Below are positions 49,401 through 58,545 of a stretch of DNA of 64,000 bases, one piece after another. A model generated the notes under the pieces. The model was given only the letters and a program-made list of their open reading frames with translations. It did no database searches and was not told the origin of the DNA. The position numbers and the translations under genes were made by a program. How positions within the stretch are numbered: position 1 is the first letter of the stretch; each line of letters opens with the position of its first letter. Origin of the DNA: a virus (taxonomy: Duplodnaviria > Caudoviricetes); the IMG/VR virus record IMGVR_UViG_3300013212_000097, positions 1,888 through 65,887 of that record; one strand, given 5' to 3'.

Positions 49401-50369
49401 TTATCTTACAGGATTGCCAAACTGATCAAGAATACTTTGCCCAGTTGGGTAATAGCTTTTACCCCATAAGAAATTGTTTGGATTGATTGTTGTATCAAAC
49501 TTGAAGAACTTTGCATGACCATCTGCAAATACATAATTAGAACCACCAGTGTGTCTGCCTGGTTCCATAAAACGAGTGTGATATCCAGTATCCGCTGATA
49601 CAGATCTGCAACCACCTGTGCCGTTTGAACTTGTTGAATCTGATCCACCACCCCAACCAAGAGCGCCTTCAGCTTCAAACTTTGTGATTGCAAAGATTGG
49701 ACCTGTTGCATCTGCAAAGTTCTGTCCAGCCCACTGACCGCCACTTGCTGTACGCATCATGGCGTTAACTGGTCTGTGACTCTTATTGCGCTTTTCAGTA
49801 TTAAGTTGACCAGTTGAACCAAGAAGGATGCAGTTGAGGTTACTGGTCATTTCTGCAATAGCAATAACATCTGCAGGAGCATCAACAGAAGCGATTGCAA
49901 CAATGTTTGGTGCATCTTGTGGACCACGCTTACGCGGAAGAACTGCAGAGTTTGGAATGTAAGAAAGACGAGGAACTTGTGCTTCACAACCAAGTGTCAC
50001 AACATCTAACCAGTTTGCACATGGTGGGTTGTCAGGACGAACACCCTTGTTAGGATCTGATGGACAAACCCAAACTTGCTCATTCTTGATATAAGGATGA
50101 ATCATAGCTGTGAAGTGGACATAACCACCAGAAGAACCACCATTAGTAGTAGCAGTATTGTTCTTATAGAAATAAGCAGTTGGATAAGTCTCATCATAAT
50201 CTTGGGTATACATCATGAGACCTAAACCAATTTGCTTTTCATTTGACAAACAACTAGCAGAACGAGCCTTGTCACGAGCCTGTGCAAAAACAGGGAAGAG
50301 GATAGCTGCCAAAATCGCAATGATAGCGATGACAACAAGTAATTCAATTAAAGTAAAAGCTTTTTTCAT
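49401..50369 (-). CDS. Prepilin-type N-methylation / DUF1559 / H-X9-DG protein
   Basis: [29 protein letters not shown]...CLSN.KQ; [14 protein letters not shown]. Confidence 0.93.
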   Translation of the reverse strand: MKKAFTLIELLVVIAIIAILAAILFPVFAQARDKARSASCLSNEKQIGLGLMMYTQDYDETYPTAYFYKNNTATTNGGSSGGYVHFTAMIHPYIKNEQVWVCPSDPNKGVRPDNPPCANWLDVVTLGCEAQVPRLSYIPNSAVLPRKRGPQDAPNIVAIASVDAPADVIAIAEMTSNLNCILLGSTGQLNTEKRNKSHRPVNAMMRTASGGQWAGQNFADATGPIFAITKFEAEGALGWGGGSDSTSSNGTGGCRSVSADTGYHTRFMEPGRHTGGSNYVFADGHAKFFKFDTTINPNNFLWGKSYYPTGQSILDQFGNPVR

Positions 50370-50460
50370 TTTTTTATTTCCTTTTATTTAGGACCAAAAT
50401 ATTATTCCCAATTTAAAAGAGAGAAATATTAAGAACTATTTAATATAAGGATTTAAAAAA

Positions 50461-50706
50461 CTAAGGCATTTGATTGCTAGTCCAATCAGGACCAGAAAGA
50501 ATAGCTAAAATCTCTTCGTAAGTGTACAAATCAGTTTTTGTTGTAAGAGCATCAACACAAGGTGGAACAGTGGGACCATCCCATTTGACAAATGTTTTTA
50601 AACCATCAACTGATTTTCTAACAGTGTCAACACTAGTCTCCAAAACTTGAGTAAAATCAATCAAGTTTAATTCACTAACATCAAAAATAACAAAAGTTCT
50701 ATCCAT
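50461..50706 (-). CDS. Hypothetical phage protein
   Basis: VLETS..TVRKSVDG.KTFVKW. Confidence 0.7.
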   Translation of the reverse strand: MDRTFVIFDVSELNLIDFTQVLETSVDTVRKSVDGLKTFVKWDGPTVPPCVDALTTKTDLYTYEEILAILSGPDWTSNQMP

Positions 50707-50833
50707 AAAAACCTTACCTCATATGTAGAATAATATAGATTATATACAGCATACTTAAAAACAAATAAAAGGTAATAATCCTAATACAAAAGAAATTCTA
50801 TATATTATAAGTGGAATTCGATAAAAAATAAAT

Positions 50834-51403
50834 ATGAATATAAACATTTTAGTGAAAATAGCGCAAACCTTAGATCAACAAAAAAAATATAAATTAGTTG
50901 ACAAAATTACTACAGCCATGATGCAAAAAGAAAGTATGATTTTCTTACTCAAAGTAATAGAAGATGCCTTTAACTTTAATGCATTAGTAAAAGCACTAAA
51001 TAATTTTTATGATCAAAGAGATTTAAATTACCTTATAAGTGAAAATGGATTAAGAACATATAAAAAATTGCCCACTGATTATCAAACATCTGAAGTATTG
51101 TGGAATCACACCCTTGAAGATTTAGAAAATTTATACAAACCAATAAAATCTCTAAATGAAAAAGTGACAATATCTGGCACTTATCTTAACAATGCACCAA
51201 TAAAAATGGATGGCGAATCTCTCAACTACTATGAAATAAAAGAAAAACTTTTAGCCCTATGCACCGAAATTGAAAATTTCCACTCATCGTTATTCGAAGC
51301 ACATCAGAAAATGAAAAAACCACTAAGCGATTTAGAAGAACAATTGACCCGAAATACAATCGAAGAGATGGAAAATTCTAACGATCCAATACCAGAGGAA
51401 TAA
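50834..51403 (+). CDS. Helical-tag hypothetical protein
   Basis: LVKIAQTLDQQKKYKLVDKIT; AGG-N18-AGAA at 50770. Confidence 0.65.
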   Translation: MNINILVKIAQTLDQQKKYKLVDKITTAMMQKESMIFLLKVIEDAFNFNALVKALNNFYDQRDLNYLISENGLRTYKKLPTDYQTSEVLWNHTLEDLENLYKPIKSLNEKVTISGTYLNNAPIKMDGESLNYYEIKEKLLALCTEIENFHSSLFEAHQKMKKPLSDLEEQLTRNTIEEMENSNDPIPEE

Positions 51404-51404
51404 T

Positions 51405-51749
51405 ATGAATAAATTTATCAAAGTAGCATTACTAGAAAATAAAGAACGTCTCGACGCTCAAGAAACACAATTAGAAGAAGTGAGAACAAACAAAACATAC
51501 ACTTCAATTAATGATGCACTTGAACAACAACACAAAAATATCAATAAGTCAATAACAGAATCACTAAACAAAAAATTCAATGATCCTGATAATGAATTCT
51601 TTGAGAACTTGTTAGATCAAGCTGGTTTATATTCAAGACAATATAACAAAAACAATAAAACCTTGGGATTTATGGTGGATTCAACCAACAAAGGTGTGGA
51701 CGAAAGACATATCCAAGAAAAACTCAAGGAAAGACACACAAATAAGTAA
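51405..51749 (+). CDS. Hypothetical protein
   Basis: MNKFIKVA start, 114 aa. Confidence 0.6.
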   Translation: MNKFIKVALLENKERLDAQETQLEEVRTNKTYTSINDALEQQHKNINKSITESLNKKFNDPDNEFFENLLDQAGLYSRQYNKNNKTLGFMVDSTNKGVDERHIQEKLKERHTNK

Positions 51750-51986
51750 TTATAAATTAGAATACCACATATCTAATATCTTACAAATCAAAATAAAAGA
51801 CAATAAAATATTCGATAAAAAAACATAAGCTAATTTGTAAGACTTTGTCTTTTCATTAATATACTTCCAACAATAATAACCACTTACCCACAAACAAAAG
51901 TTATATAAAAACCAAGATTCAAAATTGTTCGCTGTATATGCAAAATAGGCATAAATAATAAACTCTATACCGAAAATAGTAAACAT
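51750..51986 (-). CDS. Small membrane protein
   Basis: Hydrophobic 78 aa. Confidence 0.5.
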   Translation of the reverse strand: MFTIFGIEFIIYAYFAYTANNFESWFLYNFCLWVSGYYCWKYINEKTKSYKLAYVFLSNILLSFILICKILDMWYSNL

Positions 51987-52015
51987 AATATTTTTATAAA
52001 AGATGCAGGCTTTTT

Positions 52016-52933
52016 ATGGATAACAGACAAATAATATCATCTCTCAATGAACTCGCTAATGAACTTGATCAATGCGGTCAATACAAATTTAGTGAAGAGA
52101 TTGACAATTTAATAAGAATAGCTATATTACATGGTCATGGACCTAAATTAAGATATAACCATCCAGCGGTAGGTGACCTCAAAAGAAAAGAGCTAGAACC
52201 ACTACCGCCACAAAATTTAATAGAAAAAGTATTTCAAGAATTCGCTGGATATGGAAAACCATTACCAAAATCATTTTATGATTTTTTAAATCCATTAGAA
52301 TGGAATATTGATGATTTTCTTGATGATGTCCTACAATATTATAAAGAAGATAATACTATAAGTATGGATTTTATTAAACTTATTACATCTTCTTCCGAAT
52401 TTGTAAAAAAATTAGACTTAAATCTGAAAAATAGAAACAAAATACCTGTGTTTGAGCCTGTTTATACTTTTCAGGAAAAACCAGAAGTTTTCAAAAAAAT
52501 TCTACAAGAGGGTGAAAACGAACTTATAAAATCATTGGAAAAAGAATTCAAAAAATTAAAAGAATTAATTGTTTATAATCCAAACACTAGAATAAATAAA
52601 GTGGTACCTGCTCTGCTAGAAATTAGAGAATTATTACCACCTAAATTCTTAGCATATGTAGAAGCTGTAAATGAATGGTTAGATTATCAAAATAATGCTG
52701 AAAATGAAATGTTTGAAAAACAAGACATGCTTCATGATAACTTTAGATCAGAAGCCCGCGCTAGAGAAGAATTAGAGAATCGTCTAAATCCAAAAGAAGA
52801 AGAAGAAAAATGGTCAGTGCTTTCAAAATACACAATCAATAAACTTTACAAAATAGCCAACTCATTAGATGAAGCTAATCTTTATAAACAAGCTAGCTCA
52901 GTTACTAATCTTATGAAAAGAATAGCAAAATAA
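52016..52933 (+). CDS. Protein with the helical tag at both termini
   Basis: RQIISSLNELANELD...RIA and KLYKIANSLDEANLYKQASSVTNLMKRIAK. Confidence 0.7.
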   Translation: MDNRQIISSLNELANELDQCGQYKFSEEIDNLIRIAILHGHGPKLRYNHPAVGDLKRKELEPLPPQNLIEKVFQEFAGYGKPLPKSFYDFLNPLEWNIDDFLDDVLQYYKEDNTISMDFIKLITSSSEFVKKLDLNLKNRNKIPVFEPVYTFQEKPEVFKKILQEGENELIKSLEKEFKKLKELIVYNPNTRINKVVPALLEIRELLPPKFLAYVEAVNEWLDYQNNAENEMFEKQDMLHDNFRSEARAREELENRLNPKEEEEKWSVLSKYTINKLYKIANSLDEANLYKQASSVTNLMKRIAK

Positions 52934-52990
52934 AAGGAAATGATAATTCCTAAACAGAATTAATCAATCAAACCCTATATAGGAAACATT

Positions 52991-53437
52991 ATGAATAAAA
53001 GACAAATTATATCTTCTTTGAACAAGATAGCAAATGAACTCGACTCAGCATCATTGTTCGTAGAAGCAAACACTGTTACCAAAGTGATGACAAAAATTGC
53101 TCAAGCACCAAGCGATTTTACAGGCGATTTTACCTCCAAATATGATTCTAAAGAAATAGGAAGAAATATTGTCAAAAGCTTATCAGAATTAATTATCAAA
53201 AAGCTACAAGGTAAAGAAGAAGCAAGACAATATTTTAGTGGTGGTAATTTACAATCATTTGTATTAGATATTTTAGATAAATCTATTGAAGATTATAAAG
53301 AAGCTATGCAACAAATGGAATTAATGCTTGAGAAATATCAAACAGGTTTTAATGAACCTGATTATAAAATACTCAATGGTCTAATAAATAATTGGAAAAG
53401 TTATAAAAATGCACAAAGTAGGGAGATGGGATTATGA
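52991..53437 (+). CDS. Helical-tag hypothetical protein
   Basis: MNKRQIISSLNKIANELDSASLFVEANTVTKVMTKIAQ. Confidence 0.7.
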   Translation: MNKRQIISSLNKIANELDSASLFVEANTVTKVMTKIAQAPSDFTGDFTSKYDSKEIGRNIVKSLSELIIKKLQGKEEARQYFSGGNLQSFVLDILDKSIEDYKEAMQQMELMLEKYQTGFNEPDYKILNGLINNWKSYKNAQSREMGL

Positions 53438-53930
53438 ATAAAAAGCAAATTATAGCATCTTTAAACAAGATAGCTAACGAATTAGACTCAGCTTTATTGT
53501 TTGTGGAAGCTAATACAATCACAAAAGTGATGGTAAAAGTGGCTGATGATATGGATATGGATTCTGATGTGGATCCGAGAGATAGTTTACTTACCCCACA
53601 ACAAAAAGCAGATGTATCAAGAGGAAACATTTAGAGGGAATATTCAAAATACTTAAACAATATTTTAATAAAAAATTTGGTCATCTTTCTGGCGTGAATA
53701 GATCATTTGTAATTTTAATGGGAAAAACTTATTATATGAATAATGCATCTGATCAAAGACAAATTAAAGAATTTTATGAATGGAAAACCCGAAATCACGA
53801 ACCAGGTCTTGACATGGAAAGTGACATAAATGTTGAAGTGCTAAAAATGATTAATTTTTTAGATGGTTTTCAACAAGAACATGGCACTCCAGATGAAATC
53901 ATGAAAGATTATGTTAACGCTCTAAGATAA
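53434..53930 (+). pseudogene. Helical-tag gene apparently split by a frameshift near 53625
   Basis: First ORF stops at 53634; the -1 frame is open from 53631 (LEGIFKILKQYF...) into ORF 53694..53930. Confidence 0.55.
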
Positions 53931-53933
53931 AAA

Positions 53934-54422
53934 ATGAATAAAAGACAAATTATAGCATCACTTGCAAATGTAGCTGAAAGCTTTGAAAACAGCCATGAAA
54001 TTCTTTTAGCTAATGAAATTAATCTCTTAATGACTAAGTTAGCAGAAAAAGAAGAAGACTGCCCAGAAGCAACACAAAACGTCAAACTAAACCTTAAAAA
54101 TAGACAAAAAGGTATTGATGAACAAGGTTATGGACCAGCAGACCCTTCACAACCTAATGACAAATTCTGGAAAAAGAAAATGGAAATGTGGAAAGTAGAT
54201 GAGCTGTCAGAAGTGAAGAACATGCTTTGTGGAAACTGTGCTGCATTTGATATCACTTCAAAAACATTGGACTGTATAGAAAAAGGCATAGGAGAAGAAG
54301 CCACAGAAACCATAAACGCTGGAAAACTTGGCTACTGTAAATTTCTCAAATTCAAATGCGCATCCAAAAGAACTTGCGATGCTTGGGTGACAGGCGGACC
54401 AATCACTGACAAAAAGAAATAA
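53934..54422 (+). CDS. Helical-tag protein with Cys-rich domain
   Basis: CPEAT...YGP...CGNCAAF...LGYC...FKCA..RTC.AW..GGP. Confidence 0.7.
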   Translation: MNKRQIIASLANVAESFENSHEILLANEINLLMTKLAEKEEDCPEATQNVKLNLKNRQKGIDEQGYGPADPSQPNDKFWKKKMEMWKVDELSEVKNMLCGNCAAFDITSKTLDCIEKGIGEEATETINAGKLGYCKFLKFKCASKRTCDAWVTGGPITDKKK

Positions 54423-54453
54423 CAAAAAAAGGGAGAATAAAATCTCCCTTTTT

Positions 54454-54615
54454 TTATATCTTGTCAATCTTCTTTAATTCATATAATAAATTCCCAATCA
54501 CATAATTAGGTATGTTTATCATATCTGCAACCAATGCTCTCAACGCATCATTCTTCAAAACAACCAACGCAATCTTTAAAATAATATTCTGATAATCTTT
54601 AGATAAGTTTTCCAT
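54454..54615 (-). CDS. Small hypothetical protein (53 aa, not in the ORF track)
   Basis: MENLSKDYQNIILK...; AGGGG RBS; terminator at 54424-54455. Confidence 0.5.
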   Translation of the reverse strand: MENLSKDYQNIILKIALVVLKNDALRALVADMINIPNYVIGNLLYELKKIDKI

Positions 54616-54697
54616 TCTATAATCCCCTAATGCAAAATTTATCTTTTATTTTTTATTGACTATAGTTTCTTTCAATAATTTAGATTTTTATCCTATT

Positions 54698-55395
54698 AAA
54701 ATTACTTAACAATAACCAGCCAAAAAGGATGGTTATAAATTCCCAATTTCGAAAAATCTAAGCCACCCCCCCTATACTCCAAAATTACTTAACATAAACC
54801 AGACAAAAGGGATGGTTGTTTTTTTTTTTTTTTTTTTAAATTTAACCACCCCCCCCTCAATCACAAAAATTTATAATTTTAAACTTGACAAAAGGGATGG
54901 TTAGTTTTTCTGGAAAATGAAAAAATCTAAGCCACCCCCCCTATACTCCAAATAAATTTGTTACCACTAATGTCTCATAATGTAATGTGTTTCTATAAGG
55001 CATACCGTAATGATCCAAAGCTACATGATAAATAAATAAAATATAATTACAATCCTTCAATTGTAAATCATAATCATAATCCATGTTACCAAATGATACA
55101 GTTTTATTTTCTTCTAAATGCATAGATAAAACATAAGACAAAAACTCTTCTTTGAATATTTGTAAACCATCTGTCATATAAATATTTTCCCAAAATTATT
55201 AATATATACCAGGGCAAAAAGGATGGTTATTCCTGGGGGAAATTGAAAAAACTTAACCACCCCCCCCCATACCTAAAAAAATAGCCCTCGATAGATGAAG
55301 GCATGTGCTTTTTAATTGACGGGGGTGCGGATCCAGATGGGACCCAAAATGTTTTACCACCCCCCCTACCTGGAGAATTACCACCCCCCTATACA
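54698..55395. repeat. Noncoding repeat cluster GGATGGTT-N~25-(A/G)CCACCCCCC
   Basis: Four full units (about 54726, 54808, 54894, 55221) plus two lone TTACCACCCCCC half-sites (about 55354, 55378). Confidence 0.85.
54941..55177 (-). CDS. Hypothetical protein embedded in the repeat cluster
   Basis: 78 aa ORF; its stop codon lies in a repeat arm. Confidence 0.45.
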   Translation of the reverse strand: MTDGLQIFKEEFLSYVLSMHLEENKTVSFGNMDYDYDLQLKDCNYILFIYHVALDHYGMPYRNTLHYETLVVTNLFGV

Positions 55396-55755
55396 CTATA
55401 AACAATACTGTACAGGTATATGATTATAACATAACAATGACATAGAAGCTAAAGAATTATATTTATCATCCCTAACCACTGGATTATCTAAACAAAATAT
55501 ATCTTCCCTGTAAATAGTTTTCCAAATATGTTTAGCTACATCTGGCTCCACTATTATTATTGTATCATGTTCTTGGATAGGAAGATACTTAATCTCTTTT
55601 ATATTGTAGGTTTTAATGCTCAAATCTTTATGCAAATCTACAGGCTGCTTGTCAACTACTAATCTTGCTGCAAAGCCTTGTGGGAATATTGTTTGCCATT
55701 GATTGTTTATCCACAATGCAATCACATGGTCTGTCTTATTTAGTATCTTTACCAT
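55396..55755 (-). CDS. NLTPH-family-like protein, possible Crn4-like ring nuclease
   Basis: ILNKTDH.I, P.G..AR, LP.....IIIV, REDI, VVRDD. Confidence 0.45.
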   Translation of the reverse strand: MVKILNKTDHVIALWINNQWQTIFPQGFAARLVVDKQPVDLHKDLSIKTYNIKEIKYLPIQEHDTIIIVEPDVAKHIWKTIYREDIFCLDNPVVRDDKYNSLASMSLLCYNHIPVQYCL

Positions 55756-55814
55756 TCTTCCATGCCATATATAATATCACACAAGTCCACATTGCAACAC
55801 ATAATAATAAAGTA

Positions 55815-56087
55815 TTAACCACAATCCCTAAAATATTCATACTTGCCACCTGTTTCACTGGATGCTATAGCTAACATTTCTTCCCAGGTACAATAATAGC
55901 CTACCATAGTGTTTAACACTTTGGAAACTATTTCCCATTTTCTAGCAGTGTGTTCATCTTTAAATACAGCTAGGGCATCACCATCTTTGAACTTAGCATG
56001 CTTGCCATTTAAAGGATTTACAAATAAGAATACATCTGGGGGTAATGGTAATCTATTTTGTAATTCAATAGGGAGTTCTTTCAACAT
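55815..56087 (-). CDS. Hypothetical protein
   Basis: TATAAT immediately upstream. Confidence 0.6.
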   Translation of the reverse strand: MLKELPIELQNRLPLPPDVFLFVNPLNGKHAKFKDGDALAVFKDEHTARKWEIVSKVLNTMVGYYCTWEEMLAIASSETGGKYEYFRDCG

Positions 56088-56100
56088 TTAATTATACCGT

Positions 56101-56220
56101 AAAATAATTTTTGCCAAACATATATGTCGTGGTAAAAAACAGAATACCACGCGAAATTTTTTTGTCAAATTAAAAAATTAAATAAAAAACCCTTGACTTT
56201 TGTCAAGGGAGATGGTAGTT
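56101..56220 (+). repeat. Composite palindromic element, copy 1
   Basis: CGTGGTA/TACCACG, TTTGTCAAATTAAAAAATTAAATAAAAAA, CCCTTGAC/GTCAAGGG. Confidence 0.85.
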
Positions 56221-56371
56221 AGTCGATTACATCCCAGCCTTCAGGACATGGGCTTTCTTCTTCTTCTTCAATGTCCAAGTCTTCATCCACAAAGTCTTCC
56301 AACAAGTCTAGTGGGTCAATGTCTACGCTAGGGAAGATTCGTGCTTCCATTTCTGCTTCTAAGTAATCCAT
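56219..56371 (-). CDS. Highly acidic 50-aa protein (not in the ORF track)
   Basis: MDYLEAEMEARIFPSVDIDPLDLLEDFVDEDLDIEEEEESPCPEGWDVID; AGGA RBS and promoter upstream. Confidence 0.65.
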   Translation of the reverse strand: MDYLEAEMEARIFPSVDIDPLDLLEDFVDEDLDIEEEEESPCPEGWDVID

Positions 56372-56421
56372 TATCCTATCTCCTTACTAGTAGTATAATC
56401 CAAGCTTCCTATATTGTCAAA

Positions 56422-56727
56422 TTATTTCTTTACTATAATAGGAAAATCTTTGTTACTGCTGAATTCTTCAAAACCTTTGTCGGTAATAATAACTTGGTAC
56501 AAATGGTTTGTATCACCAACAGTGTATTCCAATGTGCTGGAAAGCTTTACAATGTTATCTGTCTTAATAAGTGGTTGCATGGCTTCTACTACAAACATTC
56601 GCAAGTTTTCAATTGTAAGATTGTAGATATAAGATGTTTCAAGGTTAGCATGAAATTCATTGGTCTTTTCAGGTGTTGCCACGCACACTACCATAGACTT
56701 TATAATCGGTTTCAGTTCAAGCTTCAT
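56422..56727 (-). CDS. Hypothetical protein
   Basis: TTGCAT...TATACT upstream. Confidence 0.65.
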   Translation of the reverse strand: MKLELKPIIKSMVVCVATPEKTNEFHANLETSYIYNLTIENLRMFVVEAMQPLIKTDNIVKLSSTLEYTVGDTNHLYQVIITDKGFEEFSSNKDFPIIVKK

Positions 56728-56831
56728 GGATTAAGTATATCCCAAGATACACTATATGCAAGTTAATTAGTGTAATATTTTTTTATAAAATATACCTTGC
56801 TTTTGGGTAAACTAGGCTGTAATATATAGAC

Positions 56832-57032
56832 ATGAACAGTAACACTAAAGTTGAAGTTGAAGAGCCAACCGGTCAGATGCATTTTTTCAAGTTGGGACAA
56901 ATTGGAGTCAATGAATCGATGTCCGAAGCAGATATCATTGCTCGCTTAGGTCGGAGCATCTACACGGATAAGTTCAAGTATACTTATCACCAATCACACA
57001 ACCTGCTACTAGTCAAAACCCTAGCAGGCTAG
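56832..57032 (+). CDS. Hypothetical protein
   Basis: TTGCTT...TAATAT upstream; ends at element hairpin. Confidence 0.65.
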   Translation: MNSNTKVEVEEPTGQMHFFKLGQIGVNESMSEADIIARLGRSIYTDKFKYTYHQSHNLLLVKTLAG

Positions 57033-57160
57033 TTACCACATCCCTTGTCAAAAGTCAAGGGATATTTTTTTATTTTTTTAATTTGACAGTTATAAAAATC
57101 GGCGGTTTTTGCTGCTACCGCCGAAAAATATTTTCAGCAAATTTATTTTTTTCCTTGACA
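57033..57160 (-). repeat. Composite palindromic element, copy 2 (inverted)
   Basis: TCGGCGGT/ACCGCCGA at 57099-57124; CCCTTG/CAAGGG at 57042-57061. Confidence 0.85.
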
Positions 57161-57203
57161 ATATTGTTAAACTATGATAGCTCCCCTTTCGGGGAGCCTT
57201 TTA

Positions 57204-57338
57204 TCAGATTGTTTCCAAGTAATCTTTAGCAGTAGTTTCAGAGTTGAAGTATTTAACAATCTGGTAATTTCCATCTTCCATCACTTGCACAACGTACCAG
57301 AATTTGTCATTACAGTTGAATTGGAAAAGTTTGTACAT
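57204..57338 (-). CDS. Small hypothetical protein (44 aa, not in the ORF track)
   Basis: MYKLFQFNCNDKFWYVV...; coupled to a 30-aa hydrophobic ORF at 57338..57430. Confidence 0.5.
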   Translation of the reverse strand: MYKLFQFNCNDKFWYVVQVMEDGNYQIVKYFNSETTAKDYLETI

Positions 57339-57515
57339 TACTTCTTCTCTTTATTTAAAGTCAGGGTTGACAGCAGACCGAGAAACAAAACAACGATTCC
57401 GAAAATGTTCAAAATGATGATTGGATTCATGTTTATATTATAAGCCAAAGATAAGGGTAATGCAAATTATATTTTAAATTAAAAGTCCCTTGATGTAAAT
57501 CAAGGGATATAGTGT

Positions 57516-57680
57516 TTAGTCTTCTTGGAAGTGCTGAGATTCACAGTAGGAATCCCATCTTTCATATGCAAGTGAAAGAGCATTTTCCATCAGGTCTTCT
57601 TGTGACATCTCAGGGTCTTGCTTTGACAGTTCCTGATAGGCTTGGGTGACGAAGAGTGAAAACATTGGGTGGTCGTTCAT
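57516..57680 (-). CDS. Small acidic protein (54 aa, not in the ORF track)
   Basis: MNDHPMFSLFVTQAYQEL...; TTGCAA...TATACT upstream; CCCTTGA/TCAAGGG hairpin downstream. Confidence 0.6.
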   Translation of the reverse strand: MNDHPMFSLFVTQAYQELSKQDPEMSQEDLMENALSLAYERWDSYCESQHFQED

Positions 57681-57793
57681 GTATTAAGTATATCCTATAT
57701 TCTACTTATTGCAAGTAATTCAGATAATGTAGATCTACAATTATTTTTTCTCCTAAGTGTGGCATTATGGTGTAAATTTGGTATACTGATGTC

Positions 57794-58048
57794 ATGAGCA
57801 AGATATACCGAATGATTTTAGGTCAAGACCCTACCAGCACAAGACCGATTGGGACTGAAAAAACTCTTAAGGAAGCAAAAGAATATATCTTATCTCGTGC
57901 ATACAACAATGATTATTGTGCAATCTATGTAGCAGACAATGAAAACCCTGCTGGCGAATTGGTTGGACGTTGGATTGTAAAGAATAAGAAGCTTACATCG
58001 TTTGAAAAAAAATCAAAACCAATTGATTATAAAAAAGTAATATTTTGA
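57794..58048 (+). CDS. Hypothetical protein
   Basis: TGGTATACT just upstream of ATG. Confidence 0.65.
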   Translation: MSKIYRMILGQDPTSTRPIGTEKTLKEAKEYILSRAYNNDYCAIYVADNENPAGELVGRWIVKNKKLTSFEKKSKPIDYKKVIF

Positions 58049-58070
58049 CAGTTATATATAAGGTGAAACT

Positions 58071-58316
58071 ATGAACAAACACAACGGCTGGTACAACAAG
58101 ATGACTTGGCATATCAATGTTTCCTATATGGGAGCAATGGAAGATATGGTAAAGGCTGGCGGAACAAGTGATATCAAATGGCACATCCAGAATGAATTAA
58201 CAAAAGGCTTGTCCAGAGAACAGCGAGACATAATGTGGTGTTCTTTTGAACTGATTGACTGGGACGTTCTCATTGAAAGAGCCACAGAGAATGTTGAAAA
58301 GGAAAAGGCAGCTTGA
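58071..58316 (+). CDS. Hypothetical protein
   Basis: NGW.N..TW...IDW pattern; terminator near 58365. Confidence 0.65.
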   Translation: MNKHNGWYNKMTWHINVSYMGAMEDMVKAGGTSDIKWHIQNELTKGLSREQRDIMWCSFELIDWDVLIERATENVEKEKAA

Positions 58317-58401
58317 GATATGATGCAAACTGCATAGCACTACCATATGTTTGAATAGTTGTCAAGCTCCCCCGCAAGGGGAGCTATCACACTTTAATGT
58401 G

Positions 58402-58538
58402 TTTGTCAAGAAAAAAAATAAATTTGCTAAAAATATTAGTCGGCGGTACTAGCCGGAAATACCGCCGATTTTTGTTCTTGTCAAATTAAATAATTTAATA
58501 AAAAACCCTTGACTTTAAATCAAGGGCTGTGGTAAAAT
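58402..58538 (+). repeat. Composite palindromic element, copy 3
   Basis: TCGGCGGTA/TACCGCCGA at 58440-58468; CCCTTGA/TCAAGGG. Confidence 0.9.
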
Positions 58539-58545
58539 GTAAGGT

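Noticed and set aside
54818-54837. Poly-T tract as a phase-variation switch
   Set aside because: Noncoding spacer, and homopolymer length is unreliable without reads.
54698-55395. CRISPR array
   Set aside because: Units are degenerate, irregularly spaced and interrupted by an ORF; spacers are low-complexity; no cas genes.
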